From assembly GCA_013239625.1 (NCBI GenBank), contig MU054400.1, positions 2,205,345-2,269,344 of the forward strand: a stretch of 64,000 nucleotides of DNA, in the 5' to 3' direction. Origin of the DNA: Lama guanicoe. Taxonomy: Eukaryota. Positions 62,487 to 64,000 of this stretch are shown piece by piece. Under the pieces are notes generated by a model. The model was not told where the DNA came from. It saw only the letters and a program-made list of their open reading frames with translations, and searched no databases. The translations under genes and the position numbers were made by a program. Each line of letters begins with the position of its first letter. Position 1 is the first letter of the stretch.

Positions 62487-63165
62487 CCCGCCCCTCCCCT
62501 GTGGGACTGGGGACCGACGCTTTCGCCCGCGGGCTGGCCAAACTCTCTTCCCTCTCTAGGCGGGACAAAGGCCCAGGGGTCCCGTGCGACTCTCCCTCCC
62601 TTCTCTCCGTGGGATTGCCGCCCTAATAGGATCCCGCCCTCCCAGAGCGGCGAGGAGAGCCAACTAGCTCCGAACCCTTCTACCGCCGCACCCGCACGGC
62701 TGGGAAACTGCAGATCGCGGGGCCGCGCGCCGGGCTGAAGCCGCAGGCATTTCCGGGAGGGAGGCCCCGCCTACTCGCGTGCCCGAGACCCGCTTCCGGT
62801 TCCGAAGGTCCGGAAACCGCTCTGAGGGGTTGGCCGAGCGCCAGCCAGGAGTTCCCAGCCCGAGACGTGGGGCTTCGTGGTTTTGCCCATGCTCCGACCC
62901 TCCCTCGGGTAGGTGGGCCTGCGTGCGTCGCCGTGGCCCGAGTCACGGTGACTCCAACCGGTGTACTGCGTTGTCCTCACTCGGCTCCCGCCCTTCTCTC
63001 CACGGAGGGCGAAGTCTGGGCCAGACGCCCTCGGTCACGCCCTGCATCCGGGTTCCTGGGACGCGACGAGCTTTATGGCCGCGGGTCGCGGTGCGGGGGG
63101 CCGGCCACCCCTAAGACTGCGACACCGGTTGGCGGTCCCCACACCCTCATCCGCCAGGCAGACTT
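62130..63165. promoter_or_regulatory. QNG1 CpG-island promoter
   Basis: CpG-dense; GC boxes, ETS-like CCGGAA sites at 62793-62816, ZNF143-like CTGCAGTTTCCCAG on - strand near 62700-62713. Confidence 0.85.
62150..62486 (-). CDS. QNG1: QNG1 coding exon 1 (337 nt)
   Basis: GGGATGG start context; donor GAAG|GTTGGT. Confidence 0.93.
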
Positions 63166-64000
63166 GTCGTTTATTGTGCTGAATTCTTGGTCTATTTCGA
63201 GGTTTAGGATTAGTTGAGACTTTTGGAGAAATGGATGAGAAAACAAGTGTATTAATTTGTTATATGGACATTATGTTCCTGGAATTGTATTTAAATACCA
63301 AATTTTATTTAGTCTCCGGCCGTGACAAAAGCAGCAGTTTTAATCCCCGTTTTACAAGAGAAGCTGACTAGTTAGTGGTTAGTGCCTGGTCCCAGCAATG
63401 GTCTGGGCTGATACTAGATCTCCAAGTCAAAGGCACTTTCTACCAGCTGAGCTCACCAATGCCAACCAACCTCGTCAAGTAATGACTCTATCACTGGCTC
63501 TACTGTAATTATATATCTGTATCTACTGAGGAGGCGACATTATTAAAGGATATAAATATCACCTTACAGCCTCAAACTTTTAAAAAATACTTTCTAGCAC
63601 GATGAAGAGAGAGCTTTAGGAGTCAATTTAGCAATGATCCAAATTCGCCTAATGGTGAAATTTTTGTATAGATGCGTGTATTTTTTTCTCCTTCGGAGAT
63701 TTAAACCCCCATGGATCATATAATAACGTTCACATCTTTGAAAATCAACTATTGAAAATAACCATCAGTAATCATCTCTAGTTATTGCATTTGGGGGAGG
63801 ATTTGGAACTTTTAAGTCTGACAGCTGTACCCTAGAGAAGCAGAACATCTTCATCCTTCTAGTTTCTTTATTTGGATAAAAAGGAATTTTAAGGGCTTCA
63901 CTAGAATTTATTCTTCCAGAAAAAAGTCACTAATACAGTAATACAATTGTTGAATAAATCTGTCCTAGCAGTTCAAAGTCTTGAGATTCAAAGAAGTTGA

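Noticed and set aside
62232..63217. ORFs up to 168 aa antisense to or upstream of QNG1 exon 1
   Set aside because: CpG-island artefacts or shadows of the real coding exon.
1..64000. CRISPR arrays, operons or prokaryotic defence systems
   Set aside because: The sequence is clearly mammalian, with spliceosomal introns and interspersed repeats; no regularly spaced repeat array was seen.

Overview
Mammalian (eukaryotic) genomic DNA, probably a camelid judging by its tRNA-derived SINE and the young L1 3' ends; the species call is an inference. Two intron-containing genes lie in tandem on the minus strand. QNG1/C9orf64 (queuosine salvage glycosylase) is complete: 4 coding exons, 62486->53194, 341 aa. 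KIF27 (kinesin-4 family) is present from its CpG-island promoter (~43 kb) through exon 11 (882 codons) and continues off the left edge. Between them lies a decayed processed pseudogene of EIF2S3 that appears to carry a large internal deletion. The rest is intronic/intergenic sequence rich in L1, L2, MIR, LTR and DNA-transposon relics. Exon boundaries were read by hand (GT/AG plus frame continuity); repeat family names are from memory of consensus sequences and need RepeatMasker/Dfam confirmation. I see no convincing evidence of a wholly new biological system. The most interesting signals are the atypical splice-site usage of KIF27, a recursive-splice-like exon, two uORFs, an RFX/E2F promoter module with a 38-bp duplication, the EIF2S3 retrocopy structure and an intact-looking solo LTR in KIF27 intron 1.
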